A DNA stretch of 64,000 nt from NCBI RefSeq assembly GCF_009914755.1, contig NC_060930.1. The stretch is one strand, 5' to 3'. The stretch comes from the human T2T-CHM13v2.0 reference genome, Homo sapiens. Positions 27,001 through 44,715 of the stretch are shown here, piece by piece (position 1 is the first letter of the stretch; every line of letters starts with the position of its first letter). The notes below the pieces were generated by a model. The model ran no database searches. It saw only the letters and a list, made by a program, of their open reading frames with translations, and had not been told where the DNA came from. A program made the position numbers and the translations under genes.

Positions 27001-28959
27001 TCATGACATTTATAGGCCAACTCCTGAGGGCCGTATTGGTCAGAATGTCAAGTTGAATATGCTATTAATATACTTCACTGGATAAGTTTGAATGTTATTA
27101 TTTTTATCATCAGTGTGACAGGCCCATAACTTAAAAACTGCACACCCAGTTGAGTTATTACATAATTTCTCTTAGGGGAAAAAATCCACAAACAATTGGT
27201 TTATGATGAGATATTTTTTGGTTAAAAATGAGAAACGACAAGTCTAGCCCCATAATAAAAATGGAACATTAGAAAATTATTTCAAAGATTGTTCAAATAG
27301 AATTGGTTATGAAGCATTCAAAAATGTTATCACGTCCACTGAGAAAGGCAGTGAATGATTGTATGAGGCTTCACTCTTAAAATAGACTGCAATTTATTTA
27401 ACACTGTAGTTTATTATTTCAAATATCATGACGTATATGTTCAGTTGCTTCTGGTGTGATTAATGCAGGTAAATGCTAAAAAGATGTTGAATAATGACTT
27501 AAAAATAAACTACTAATCTCTATGAAATTTGGTTCATGACAGTGATTCAATGTGTCCTATTCTGCACAACAGAATCAGCATTAGCATATTTGTCTTATGA
27601 ACTTATACATAAAGAAGACTCCAGCATGTTTTCAAATGAGATAAAATGCATGATATGTATAAAGTAATTTTAAAACACTAGATATAAATGATTTCAAAAT
27701 TAAAAATACATCTTTTTTAAAAAAAGTTTTAAATTTTAAAAGTTTTGGTGTGATTTCATAATTAGTATGATTTTTATCTATGCATTTTTTTTCTAAGTAA
27801 AAATGATGGTATATAATTACCATTTGAATTTTGTTTCTTCTCTTAACATATACTTACTCTTTTCTCACTTATGACTTTTAGTAAATAGCATTTAATTTGC
27901 AATCCTAAAATAGAGATTACTTAACCATTTCACTATAGTGGAAGTCAGAGTGGTTTCAATTTTTGTGTGTTTCTACAACTACTTTAAATTGTATCAGGAT
28001 AAATTCTCATTACATAACTTTCCCTATACTTAGAAAATTATATATTCCCCATGATAAATTCATAATTAATTCCTTTTTGTCAAAAATATTAAATTTTTAA
28101 GTTTCTTGATGCATTTATATTTATGACTGTATTTGTAATTATCTTTTGAAATCTCTAAAATTATCTCAAATCCCATATTATTCAAGTCTTCCAGGGCCAA
28201 TCCTGGAATTCTTGAATACTTCACACTAGAATACTTCATGAATCAGCCAGAGCAGTGACTTTTATTTCCTCCTGAAACTGTTTATTCTAAGAACAGGGAT
28301 TGCTGCTTATGATTTTATTTCATGCACTTATGAGACTGGCACAAAATAGGCACTCAATACATATTTGCAAAATGAAGGAACGAATGCCATGTGATATCAT
28401 TGTTGAACTCCCATGAAAGCCCATTGATGTGGTAATACCCTTGCTGGTCCAGCATCTTGCTAGTGATGTAATGATGCCTTGTTTTAGCTTCCAGGCTCCT
28501 ACCTATTTTAGATGATCCTTCACTTCTTAGACCATGGTTGCCCAAAGTATGGCATTGTGGCCTAAAGAATGGTTCCTATCAGGCTTCCAGCCTCCCTTAT
28601 GCATAGTACTACAATCAGCCCACCCTTACCAACCCTTAGGAACTTTGATTTAAACTTGGACAAAGTTCAGACTTTCCATTCCCTCCGGAGGCTTTCCACT
28701 CCCTCCGGAGGCTTTCCACTTAGGGAGCTTAAGGAACTTTTTTGCCAAGGGATTGAGAGCCTGCTGGTCTTCCTATGAACTATTTTCCTAAACTTTAACT
28801 TTCAGAAAGCAAAATGCACTATCACTGTCCTCACTCTTGTAGTTTCAGGACTTTAAATGCAAATTGAACTTCTCTCCCAGTTCTATATGCCACAGGTGAA
28901 GAGATATTTTACTAAAACCTGGAAACATACCTGTAAATAATTATTAGACCCTTATCTTT

Positions 28960-29400
28960 GGAAGTGGGTAATGTATTTCCCTAACTACAAGAATCCCTCA
29001 AATGACTTATTAGTTTCAAACAACAGGCAATTTTTTAACCTCATAATTTTGTGGGTCAGGAATTTGGGTAGGGATAACCCTAGTGATTCTCCTACTTTAC
29101 CTGATAATTACTGCAGTCGCTTGGTGGCATTTAGATGTTGGCTAGCCTGGTCTGGAGGGTCCAAGATTTAATCACATATGTAGTACTTTGGCAAGAACAA
29201 TTGGAAGATTGGCCTCAGCTGGGCCTGGTCCCTCTCTACAGAGACTCAGAGTCTCCTCCCATGGTCTTTCTAGCAGGTAGACTCAATATTCCTAGAAGTG
29301 AGTTATTTTTAGTTCAGGGCTTTCATAGTAGTAGTCTAAGAGACAGCATGCAGGAGCTGTGTTGGAAACTTCTTTCAGTAATTCAAATACCTGAAATTTC
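28960..29400 (-). mobile_element. Old MLT1-type LTR remnant
   Basis: AAACAAC...CTCATAATTTTGTGGGTCAGGAATTTGGG...CCTCAGCTGGG. Confidence 0.55.
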
Positions 29401-31935
29401 CTAAGACTAGGGATAATTCAGTTTGCTCTTTCTTTTTGGAATGTTTCCCGTTGCCCCTTTCACTTATAAATATCCTTAAGGGCTCACCTTAGACATGTCA
29501 CTTGTTCACTCAAATCTTTCCTGTCAAGTTTTCTTTAAATGTTTCCTGTACTTCTGCTAAGAAGTACCTGTCAAATTTTAACTTGGATATCTCCTTGTGT
29601 AACATTTACTCTCCTATCCCTGAAAGATTTTAACATCTGTGAATACATGGATGTGTGTGTATTTTTCAACACTACGTACATGATAAGTCTAGACCAGCAT
29701 CTGACCCATCTGTGCACCCAGTAAGTGATTGTTAGAAGTGTAAATAAATGAACTAGAGCACTAATTACAATATTTAAAATATGTTTATTATAAAACTTTT
29801 CCCGTTTTTACTTACTATTACATAGTCCAATAAATAAAACATTTTAATTTCAGTATATGCCTTTGATTTTAAGCTTGAATGTCCTCACTCATTGAGATAT
29901 TTTATAAATATTTCTGTTTCCATCTGATTTTGATTTTGAAATTTATAGGAAATCAATAGACTTGTATTAAATTATTTTAAGAAATTAACTCCATTTCTTT
30001 TCTAGTCTGTGACGCTACCGGTTCTTGAATTACTATCTATGCTAGAGTCTCACTCATTGATACCTTTTATTAGAACCGTGTTTACATTGTGGGGAGTTTG
30101 GCATTTGTTCAAAACTATTTTTTTTTAATTACTCAGTTACACTCTGAAATTCTCTCCCTAAATGTAAGATCCTTTATTTTAGTGGACGTTTGCCACCTTA
30201 CTCCTCCACTCCCCCAGACTCTGATATAACATGGTTTTCAATGTTGTCATGAGTTTTCAGCTTCTTTTGCATGTCTGTGCTGTCCTATAAAATAAAAATT
30301 TAGCAGAGACTAATGGATGCTTCCATTTGAACTTGGGGATTTAACAAATTATTATTTATAGTAATAAACGCAAAGCTACTCTGAACTTAGTTGAGCTTCT
30401 TGCTCAAGCTTTCCTTTAAAGTTTGGGTTCAACCAAAGTATTATTTTCTTCACTATTTTTATGTGTTCCTCTTATTGGAACTGTATTCCCTCTATTCCTA
30501 GCTGTACTGTTATTATAAGATATAACATCATTTTCATTCCTTAGCTTTCCCCAGCCAGGATCAGAATAGTTTAGCATAGTTGATAACCCTTCAACCCTCT
30601 CCTCTGGAGAAAATGCTAGTCTGCGTCTTTAATTACATGTAGTTGCTAGGTGATTAAATTATGGTGTAAAAATATTAGAAAGTAATTTCTTTCCACAAAC
30701 TATTAAACATGTAACTTTCAGCCTACTATATGTCATGGTCAATGCTAGGCATTCTTTTTTTGTCACTTAAAATTGTAGCATTTTTATGGACAGATATAAA
30801 ACAAAATTCAGGATTGGATAAGTTAAATAATATTTTAAAGACCAATAAATTCCCAGGCCAGAATTTGAGTGCAAATCTGTCTGATTCCAAATTTTAATTT
30901 CACTCACTTAGTCATATACAAGTCACCTACAGTATATATATTGTGTCCACAAAATGATAAATTAAATTGCTGAACTTATAAGGTAAATTGAGAACACTTT
31001 TTGTATGTTATGTAAAGTTTTGCCAGAATTAGAAAATATTGTGAAAATAATACATAATAATGGTTCGCATACCAGTAAATATGAAACTAACATTACTGTC
31101 ATGTTACTCCACATAAATGGGCTTTAAATAAAGATATACACATTAATATAAGAATACTATGTGACAAATAAAGGCTATGTCTGCTCAGTGATCAAATTGG
31201 TAATGTATATCCTATACTGTTATAGTATCTCACATGCAGTGCATAATTAACAAATATGTTGGGTAAAATTCTCATCTGGTTTGATCAATAATAACTGTTA
31301 AAAATGTATGTATGGAGACCTAACAGATCAGAAGGGAAGGAATATATCATCCAATAAATCACATTGAAATGACTGCTTTGCAATTTGTCAAGAAAAATCA
31401 ATAAGCCTTTTACTTTATACCTTATATCAAACACTTTTCAGTATGCTGAATGTTTGCTTATTTATAAAAACAGAAGAAAACAAAAATGAATATTTATTAA
31501 ATCTGTGTGGGAGTGGTAAAAAAACGAATATTATAAATTCAGATATAATGAGGGGAAACACAAATAAAAATATATTTAAGTACAATGCAATAGAAAATGT
31601 CCATGTTTTTAATATACAATGAAATTAATATATTTGGAAATTATTTGTTGCAATTGTAAGTGGATAATTAACAACAATCATACAAATTTGTAACATCAAA
31701 GTTCTTTTTTTTTTTTTTTTTTTTTTTTTAATTATACTCTAAGTTTTAGGGTACATGTGCACATTGTGCAGGTTAGTTACATATGTATACATGTGCCATG
31801 CTGGTGCGCTGCACCCACTAATGTGTCATCTAGCATTAGGTATATCTCCCAATGCTATCCCTCCCCGCTCCCCCGACCCCACCACAGTCCCCAGAGTGTG
31901 ATATTCCCCTTCCTGTGTCCATGTGATCTCATTGT

Positions 31936-35762
<3,827 letters not shown>

Positions 35763-35825
35763 TATGATGTTAGCTGGTGATTTTGCTCATTAGTTGATGC
35801 AGTTTCTTCCTAGTCTCGATGGTCT

Positions 35826-36842
35826 TTACATTTTGGCATGATTTTGCAGCGGCTGGTACCGGTTGTTCCTTTCCATGTTTAGCGCTTCCTTCAGGAGCTC
35901 TTTTATGGCAGGCCTGGTGGTGACAAAATCTCTCAGCATTTGCTTGTCTATAAAGTATTTTATTTCTCCTTCACTTATGAAGCTTAGTTTGGCTGGATAT
36001 GAAATTCTGGTTTGAAAATTCTTTTCTTTAAGAATGTTGAATATTGGCCCCCACTCTCTTCTGGCTTGTAGGGTTTCTGCCGAGAGATCCGCTGTTAGTC
36101 TGATGGGCTTTCCTTTGAGGGTAACCCGACCTTTCTCTCTGGCTGCCCTTAACATTTTTTCCTTCATTTCAACTTTGGTGAATCTGACAATTATGTGTCT
36201 TGGAGTTGTTCTTCTCGAGGAGTATCTTTGTGGCGTTCTCTGTATTTCCTGAATCTGAACGTTGGCCTGCCTTGCTAGATTGGGGAAGTTCTCCTGGATA
36301 ATATCCTGCAGAGTGTTTTCCAACTTGGTTCCATTCTCCACATCACTTTCAGGTACACCAATCAGACGTAGATTTGGTCTTTTCACATAGTCCCATATTT
36401 CTTGGAGGCTTTGCTCATTTCTTTTTATTCTTTTTTCTCTAAACTTCCCTTCTCACTTCATTTCATTCATTTCATCTTCCATTGCTGATACCCTTTCTTC
36501 CAGTTGATTGCATCGGCTCCTGAGGCTTCTGCATTCTTCACGTAGTTCTCGAGCCTTGGTTTTCAGCTCCATCAGCTCCTTTAAGCACTTCTCTGTATTG
36601 GTTATTCTAGTTACACATTCTTCTAAATTTTTTTCAAAGTTTTCAACTTCTTTGCCTTTGGTTTGAATGTTCTCCCGTAGCTCAGAGTAATTTGATCGTC
36701 TGAAGCCTTCTTCTCTCAGCTCGTCAAAATCATTCTCCATCCAGCTTTGTTCTGTTGCTGGTGAGGAACTGCGTTCCTTTGGAGGAGGAGAGGCGCTCTG
36801 CGTTTTAGAGTTTCCAGTTTTTCTGTTCTGTTTTTTCCCCAT
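35826..36842 (-). pseudogene. ORF1: L1 ORF1p with premature stop (R130X, CGA>TGA at 36455-36453)
   Basis: ORF track gives two in-frame pieces: MGKKQNRK...EMK* and MKRPNLRL...NHAKM*. Confidence 0.95.
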
Positions 36843-37748
36843 CTTTGTGGTTTTATCTACTTTTGGTCTTTGATGATGGTGATGTACAGATGGGTTTTCA
36901 GTGTAGATGTCCTTTCTGGTTGTTAGTTTTCCTTCTAACAGACAGGACCCTCAGCTGCAGGTCTGTTGGAATACCCTGCCGTGTGAGGTGTCAGTGTGCC
37001 CCTGCTGGGGGGTGCCTCCCAGTTAGGCTGCTCGGGGGTCAGGGGTCAGGGACCCACTTGAGGAGGCAGTCTGCCCGTTCTCAGATCTCCAGCTGCGTGC
37101 TGGGAGAACCACTGCTCTCTTCAAAGCTGTCAGACAGGGACACTTAAGTCTGCAGAGGTTACTGCTGTCTTTTTGTTTGTCTGCGCCCTGCCCCCAGAGG
37201 TGGAGCCTACAGAGGCAGGCAGGCCTCCTTGAGCTGTGGTGGGCTCCACCCAGTTCGAGCTTCCCGGCTGCTTTGTTTACCTAAGCAAGCCTGGGCAATG
37301 GCGGGCGCCCCTCCCCCAGCCTCGTTGCCGCCTTGCAGTTTGATCTCAGACTGCTGTGCTAGCAATCAGCGAGATTCCGTGGGCGTAGGACCCTCCGAGC
37401 CAGGTGTGGGATATAGTCTCGTGGTGCGCCGTTTCTTAAGCCGGTCTGAAAAGCGCAATATTCGGGTGGGAGTGACCCGATTTTCCAGGTGCGTCCGTCA
37501 CCCCTTTCTTTGACTCGGAAAGGGAACTCCCTGACCCCTTGCGCTTCCCAGGTGAGGCAATGCCTCGCCCTGCTTCGGCTCGCGCATGGTGCACCCACAC
37601 ACTGGCCTGCGCCCACTGTCTGGCACTCCCTAGTGAGATGAACCCGGTACCTCAGATGGAAATGCAGAAATCACCCGTCTTCTGCGTCGCTCACGCTGGG
37701 AGCTGTAGACCGGAGCTGTTCCTATTCGGCCATCTTGGCTCCTTCTCC
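36843..37748. promoter_or_regulatory. L1 5'UTR: CpG-rich sense promoter (fires left) and antisense promoter (fires right); YY1 site intact
   Basis: CAAGATGGCC at 37737-37728; dense CpG over 37250-37730. Confidence 0.9.
37298..37513 (+). CDS. ORF0: L1 ORF0 (primate-specific antisense ORF, 71 aa), intact
   Basis: ATG at 37298 in GCAATGG context; MAGAPPPASLPPCSLISDCCASNQRDSVGVGPSEPG...RHPFL*; 216 nt. Confidence 0.88.
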   Translation: MAGAPPPASLPPCSLISDCCASNQRDSVGVGPSEPGVGYSLVVRRFLSRSEKRNIRVGVTRFSRCVRHPFL

Positions 37749-40012
37749 ACATCAAAGTTCTAAAATACAAATAGTGAAGATATCACTGAAGTCACCCTAA
37801 CTACAAATAACTAACTTGAAATATAATATTTTTATAACTAATGTATGTATGTATGTAAGTGAAGAAGTGTCAATTAAGCCATCAATGAATGAAGCATGCA
37901 TTTTTTTCTTTACAATTTAGGAAAAATTGAAGAACACTTTATATTGGTATAAAAGAGGTAAAATACGTATTTTCTTACTTTGCTGGTAGAAGTGCAATTT
38001 GAATAACCAATTTTTAAAATAATTCAGCCATATTTAAGTGCCTTAAGCAATTTTACTTCCTGGGTTCTAATATAAGGAGATTTTCCTTTGTTGGGGGGGC
38101 AGATAAAGTCTTAGACAGAAATATGTTTATTGTGGAATTATTCAAAACAGTAAAAATTTGAAAATGACTTTAATAACCGATAATTAGGAGCACATGTAAA
38201 CTGTTAAACATCCATCAATACTTTCCAGTTCTTAAAATGATACATTTTGTAGGCTAGCATTATCATCTAAATTTTCATGTAATTTCTTACTATAACTTGA
38301 AAGAATCTAGTTCAATGAAAAGTAACCTTGGTCTACCTTGGTCTAGGGTTTTTCTTATTTAAATAAAATTCAGAGAAAAATGGAAGAAATTATATTTTCA
38401 ATTGTTTAAATGTTGATATGTTAATTTTTCCCTAGTTTCTGCCTGCTTGTTGATGTAAATTATTTATATTAGCATAACTCAAGATATCTTAGATCGTACT
38501 GCAACCTGCAAAATGTAGGAACTGTTTCCATTGCCCACCCTACCACCCATCCCTTTGCCTACCAAGCTTTCAGAACTTTCGGGAGTGATCTGATTTCTAC
38601 ATATGCTCCTTCTGTTGGGGCTGCTGTTTCTCTGCTGGAGCCATTTTCTGTTTCATGAGTTGATACCTGTGTATGCTGTTCCACAGTGTATGCTGTTCCA
38701 CAGTGTATGCACTTGCTTGACCAAGCCTAACTATCTCCATTGGGGTCATTATGGTTTTACCATTGCTTTAGATTGTTGTTTTTCTTTCTAGGTCCACTCC
38801 TTTTCCATTGAACATTGCAGCTTCTCCTACTCGTTTACAAGTCCTCAAAGTTGTCCTGATTAGGCCTGATGATTTCTTCTATTCAGGGCATTCACGTCTA
38901 CTTGGTTACCCCTGATGCTTTGTCAGACAGTTCAGTTTTTTCACCAAATAGCTGTAACTTTAACACCAAGTGCAGGGAAACTTTCACTGCTCTTCCAGGA
39001 ATATCCATCTGTGTCCTATGGACCTGCTTCTGCCTATCGCTTGTAACTGCCACCAAAGCACTTGTGGTGCCAACATAGTGTGACAACTATATCAAAGGGA
39101 GTATAGCAAGGAAAAAAAGAAAGCTTTAATCCCCTTAATGTCAGATCCCACTAGAGGGTCCCAAAGCAGTTCTGCTTGTGATCCAAGATTTTACAGAAAT
39201 GTTCTTTCGGTTTTTTTTTTTTTTCCTTATAGCCATTTTCATTTCAAAGATCTAAATTCAAGTGACAGCCACTCTGCTGTATTCATAATCACTAGTCTTT
39301 TTTGATGACTAAAATATTTTTACTGGATTTAAAATGCTCACATCTGGCTTTATGACTTCCATGCCTTCCCAGGAATCCAGCTGTCCACTTCCAGTTCTTC
39401 TCACCACTACCAAGCAACTTTCTTGAACAGAATCTACATGATAACCTTCTTTTATGCATATCTCACGCATGTGCAATTGCGGCAATAACTTCTGTGTGTT
39501 GTTGTCAGTATATTTGCTAAGATCATTGTTTATTTTTAGATTTTGCAGTCAGGATTCAAGTGAAGAATTTGAGAATTAGACAAACGGTTCTCAGAACACA
39601 ATCTGGAAATGTTCACCTTCACCTCTCCAAGTAGCTTTTACCTGTTATTTCAGGTCTCAGCAAAGCCTTGGCTTTAATACAAAGTTACATACTCTGAGTG
39701 TTTAATTGTCAAAAAACCACAATTCTAAGACTCAATCAAATCATCAGTATTTAACATGTTAAGATAATAACTAGTGTGATGTGTTTTATTCTTGTTTGTG
39801 TTTTAGCAGAATATATTATATTAACAGGGTTGGTTCTACATGCTATCTAAATTACGAGTATATTTTCCCTGATTCTTTCATAATTGTCCCCTGAAGTATA
39901 TTATCAAATATATATGTTGATTTATGAACAGACTCTAGTATCCAGTCTTTCACAAAAGTCTTGCTTTTGAGCAAGAAATATATACTACAAAATGTCTTGA
40001 AAAAATTAGATT

Positions 40013-40760
40013 TCTTCATGTCCTTTGCAGCCACATGGAGGCAGCTGGAGGCCATTATCCAAAGTTAATTAATGCAGAAACAGAAAAGTAAATACTGCAT
40101 GTTCTCACTTATAAATGTGATGGGCTTTGGACTCGTGTCCCCATCCAAATCTCATGTTGAATTGTAATCCCTAATGTTGGAGGTGGGGCCTGGTGGGAGG
40201 CGATTTGGTCATGGGGGTGGATCCTTCATACATGGTTTAACACCATCCCCTTGGTACCGTTCTTGTGGTAGTGAGTGAGTTCTCAGATCTGGTTGTTTAA
40301 AGCCTGTTGCACTTCCCCCCAACTTGCTCTTGTTTTCTTCATGTGAACTGCCTGCTCTCACTTTGCCTTCCTCAGTCAGTAAAGGTTCCTTGAGGCCTCC
40401 CCAGAAGCAGATACTGTCATGCTTCCTGTATAGCTTGCAGAACCATAAGCCAAATAAACCTCTTTCCTTATTAATTTCCCAGTTTAAGATATTTTGTGTA
40501 AGGCTATGAGAACGGCCTAATACAAAGTGGGAGCTAAATATTGAGTACACATGAAATAAAGATGTAAACAATAAACACCAAGGACTTCAAAACCAAGGAA
40601 GCAGGGAGGAGACAAAGGCTATAAAAAACTTCTTAATGGGTGCTGTGTTCATTATCTGTGTGATGGGATCAATAGAGGCCCAAACCTCAGAATCACAGAA
40701 TATGCCCTTATAACAAACCTGCACATGTACTCCCTGAATCTAAAATTAAAATTACAACCG
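40013..40760 (+). mobile_element. 5'-truncated old L1 (L1PA16/L1PB4-like) 3' end, split by MST
   Basis: ATGTCCTTTGCAGCCACATGG...CCCAAACCTCAGAATCAC...AACAAACCTGCACATGTACTCCCTGAATCTAAAAT. Confidence 0.85.
40118..40524 (+). mobile_element. MSTA/MSTB MaLR solo LTR
   Basis: CAAATCTCATGTTGAATTGTAATCCC...GAACGGCCTAATACA; TSD AA(A/G)TG. Confidence 0.9.
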
Positions 40761-41174
40761 AAAAACTTGGATTCTTTATATTATTATGATATCACTGAGT
40801 TCAAATTTAGAATAGTTCAGAATATTTTCCCTGGAATATAATTTTTTGTACTTCACTTGAATTTGTCTTTAGGGTCCCTTTTATAAATAATATTACCAAA
40901 ATGCTAACAATATAAGGAAATGTATCTATTGGCAGTTTTCATCATGTAAAGGTTATTCTGAAAAGTCTTACAGAACAAAGTAATACTGAGGTGCTGCTGA
41001 ACTTCTGAACATAGATGTAAAATAAATCAAATCTTCAATTATTTCCCCTGGAAACAGTTTTATTGATTTGTCTTTCACATAATGTGATTTAGCTCTCTAA
41101 AACAAGATATTTACAGGAACTGTTTCATCTTTAACAATTGTAAAAGCAATGACCACAGATTGCCACATTATCTT

Positions 41175-41368
41175 CATATATGTGTATATATGAGATATAC
41201 ATGTGTGTTTGTATATGTGTGTGTAATAAATACATATATTCAACTTATACATATATGAAATATATATGACCATATATAGAATACCACATGCATATGTATA
41301 TATGGAATATATATTTATATATATAATGCACACATATAAATAATGTGTATGTATATTAAATATATAGT
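41175..41368. repeat. Degenerate (TA/TG/CA) low-complexity tract
   Basis: Direct inspection. Confidence 0.85.
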
Positions 41369-43379
41369 CTTCTAAACAAATACAAGTAAGCTAAAAACAA
41401 AATTCATATGAAATGTTTAAAGATCCTTAAATTTCTGCCTGTTGGTCTCTTAGCTAATTATTCTCTAGTTTCCTACCTGCATTCCTTAAAATGGTAAGTA
41501 AATTTCTGTTGCTATGGTTTAGAATTTTGAACAGAAGACTGACAATTACATGATTCAAAGTAGATGACAGTTTGCCTTTTTGGAGGTAGTATTTATAGTC
41601 TAAAATAATAATTATCTGTAAGATTGTCAAGGGGTTACAAAGTTATTACAATTATTAAACACTTTTATTCATCATAGTAATTTGGAATGCAGATCTAAAT
41701 GGTTAGTCTCTACCTTTGTAGTAGAAATTTATACATTTCTCTTATAATGAGTGAAGTAAAAAAATTGAAAAGAAAAAATCCAAATAATTCAGGCAGTGAC
41801 AACTATAAAATGAATACCTCAGTATGGAATATTTGCCATACTGGCTAGGACAGTTATCCATACTTTCTATGATTCTATTTTTTTTGTTTTGCTTTTTGGA
41901 ATTTTGGTCAAAATATATTACACAGTGGCAAATTTAGGATGATACCACAGTGTCATTAAGACCTGCTTTTGTCTATCAAACATATATTTAACTTTACCCT
42001 TTATTATGCATAATATGTGGTGATGTAGAAATCTGTAAGCTTTCCGCCTACTGACTGAGGGATCCTCCATCTGACTTATTTTAAACGGGCTCTTTTATAG
42101 TTAGTAACAAATACTTATTAGAGCATTCTTGGATTTTATGTATAAGTCTATGTAAATCACAGAATTCTGTATAGGTAATCATATCTAGAGCTTATGTTAT
42201 CTTATTAGTTTAACCGCTTTTTCATCTAATATTTATATTTTCAAGGAAGAAATCTTTTATAATCTTGTCTCACAGCAGAATATATTATGTCCTCTTGAAA
42301 AATTTTCTTATTCTTATAAATGCCTTTCCTTTTTCTGTTTTTCTTTTTTTTACTCTTTTTTTTTTTAAATAAATGGTAATCTAAAACACTCTTCAAGTTT
42401 TTTTATGTGGAGGCTGGTACATGGGAGGACTCTAAATCAGTGTGGTTTAGCTGGAAAAATATTTGTTCAGGAGTCAGTAAGTTCCTGATTAAAATCCTAG
42501 CTTCCTTCATTACCTTACATGACCCCATGAAATTTAGCCTCTTTGATTGTTACTTTCCCTATTTGTAAAACTACAACACTTTCCTTATTGAATTTCTGTA
42601 ATACATAAATGAGATAGCATATGAAAGACCAATGACTCACTAAGCGTTAGGGAAAGTGCTCCTGCCTTTTCTTACACATATGGATATGTTTTTATTTGAG
42701 CTGACTGTTTCTTACCATCTGTCTTAGAATAGATGTGGGCTCCGAAAAAGTGGAGATAGTGTTTTTAATTCTGCCCTTAACCTAGACAAAAAAGTGCCTC
42801 ATCAACCTAGCTCAAAAAATGGTTCATTTTGGGCTTTGGTGGCCAAGTGTTATAAAAATAAGATTGTGTAGGTTTGGTATTGAGCTTGTTGTACACATTT
42901 CTTTTGGGAACCTTCAAAGAACTGACAGAAATAGACAAGATTATCTTTTTACATGACTTATGAAAACTCATGGTCAAATATTTAATAGGGTCCATGTGAT
43001 ACAACATTGATTTATAATTTGTTATTTTTTTACCCTGAGGTTGGCCAAATCTCAAACAGCATGGTTGATCAGTGGTTAGTAAAAATGCATATTGAGTTAC
43101 TTCCAGCATTTACTGACACATTCTGCTTCTTTCCAAAGTCAGCTTCTCTAAGGTTGTGTTTATCTCAGTGATTGAATTTGGCGTCCTTAGCTTTGATCTT
43201 TGTTACACACTCTGGGATATAACCTTCATTTATTAATTTAGTCTTATAAACAAACAAAAGCTACAGTATGATTAAAAGTCTGATCTTTTGGGTAACTACT
43301 GCCAAATCTCTGGCCTGACACCCCACGGTAAATGACCCAGATAGACATGGAGTGGGCCTCCTCAGTGAGTGATCTAAAT

Positions 43380-44715
43380 TATGTTGTATTTTAACACTTA
43401 TTTAACACATGCACAGATAGGTATACAAAACAAGAAAATGTAAGTTTATGAATTATCAGAAAGTGAACGTGTCTTGACTCAGATGATGACATACAATATT
43501 GCTAGCAGCCTCAAAGTTCTCATTCTGTCCTCTCCAATTACTTCTGCATCTACTCCACCAAATATAACCAATATCTTGTCTTTCATGAGAATCACTTTTT
43601 TGATATTCTTATTGTTTCATTCTAAAGTTATATATTCTTAAACATGAGCATTAAATTTCCATTTTCAGACTTCATTTTAAAAGAAATCTACAACACGTTA
43701 GACTGTTTTGCTTTTTACACTAAATACTTGATATGGCATTTATTCGTGTTGCATAGAGTTTATTGACTCCTCATTATCCATTCTGTAAATATTTCACAAT
43801 TTAAGCGCTCATTCTAGTTTGTTAGACAATTAAGTCACTTGCTAGTATTGACTATTATAAAATTTTCTGTTCTGTGTAATCATATTTATATACTGTTGTG
43901 TGTGTAAGCACACAATTCTTTTGGATATATTTCTAGGTGTGCACTTGCTGGATCATACAGTAAGAGTATGTTTAGCTTTAGTAGACAATGCCAACAATGC
44001 TTTCCAAAAGATTATATCAACTTATACTCCCACCAGCAATGTATGAGATTTTCCATTACTCTGCATCTTCTTCAATTCTTAAAAGGTAGTTACTTTTTAA
44101 TTTTAATTATTGTGGTGGATGTATAAGAACATCTCATTTGTATTTTAATTGGCATTTCTCTGATAGTTAATAATATTGAGCAATTTTCGTATCTTTATCG
44201 AACATGTAGACACCCTAGATTGTGAAATGCTTGTTCAAGCATTTTGTTCATACTCTACTGAATTCTTTGTAGTTTTTACTTATTATTATTATTTTCTAAG
44301 AGATGGGGTCTGTTCTGTTGCTCAGGCTAGACTTAAGTGATGTAATCCCAGCTCACTGCAGCCTTGAACTCCTGGGCTTAAGTTGTCCTTCCACCTCAAC
44401 CTCCTGACTAGCTGAGACTACAGGTGCAAAACACCATATATGGCTAATTTAAAAAAAAAAATGTTTTTAAATGTTGGGGTCCAGGCTGGTCTTGAACTCC
44501 TGGATTCAAGTGATCCTCCCTTCTCAGTCTCTCATGTAATAGGGATTACAGGCATGACATTGTGCACGGCTCTTTGTCTTTTATTAATGGTAGGAGACCT
44601 TTTCAATATATTTTGGATTTGAGCTCTTTCTCTGTTACACAACTCCTTCTACTATGTGGCTTGTGTTTTTACTTTTTCTAGGAATGGCTTTTAATGAATA
44701 CAAAGTTCTTAATAT
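43380..44715 (-). mobile_element. Ancient L1M (L1ME-like) 3' fragment with nested AluJ
   Basis: TATACTCCCACCAGCAATGTATGAG and TTTAATTGGCATTTCTCTGAT L1 ORF2 C-terminal motifs. Confidence 0.8.
44280..44572 (-). mobile_element. AluJ
   Basis: GCTCACTGCAGCCTTGAACTCCTGGGCT; highly diverged dimer. Confidence 0.88.
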
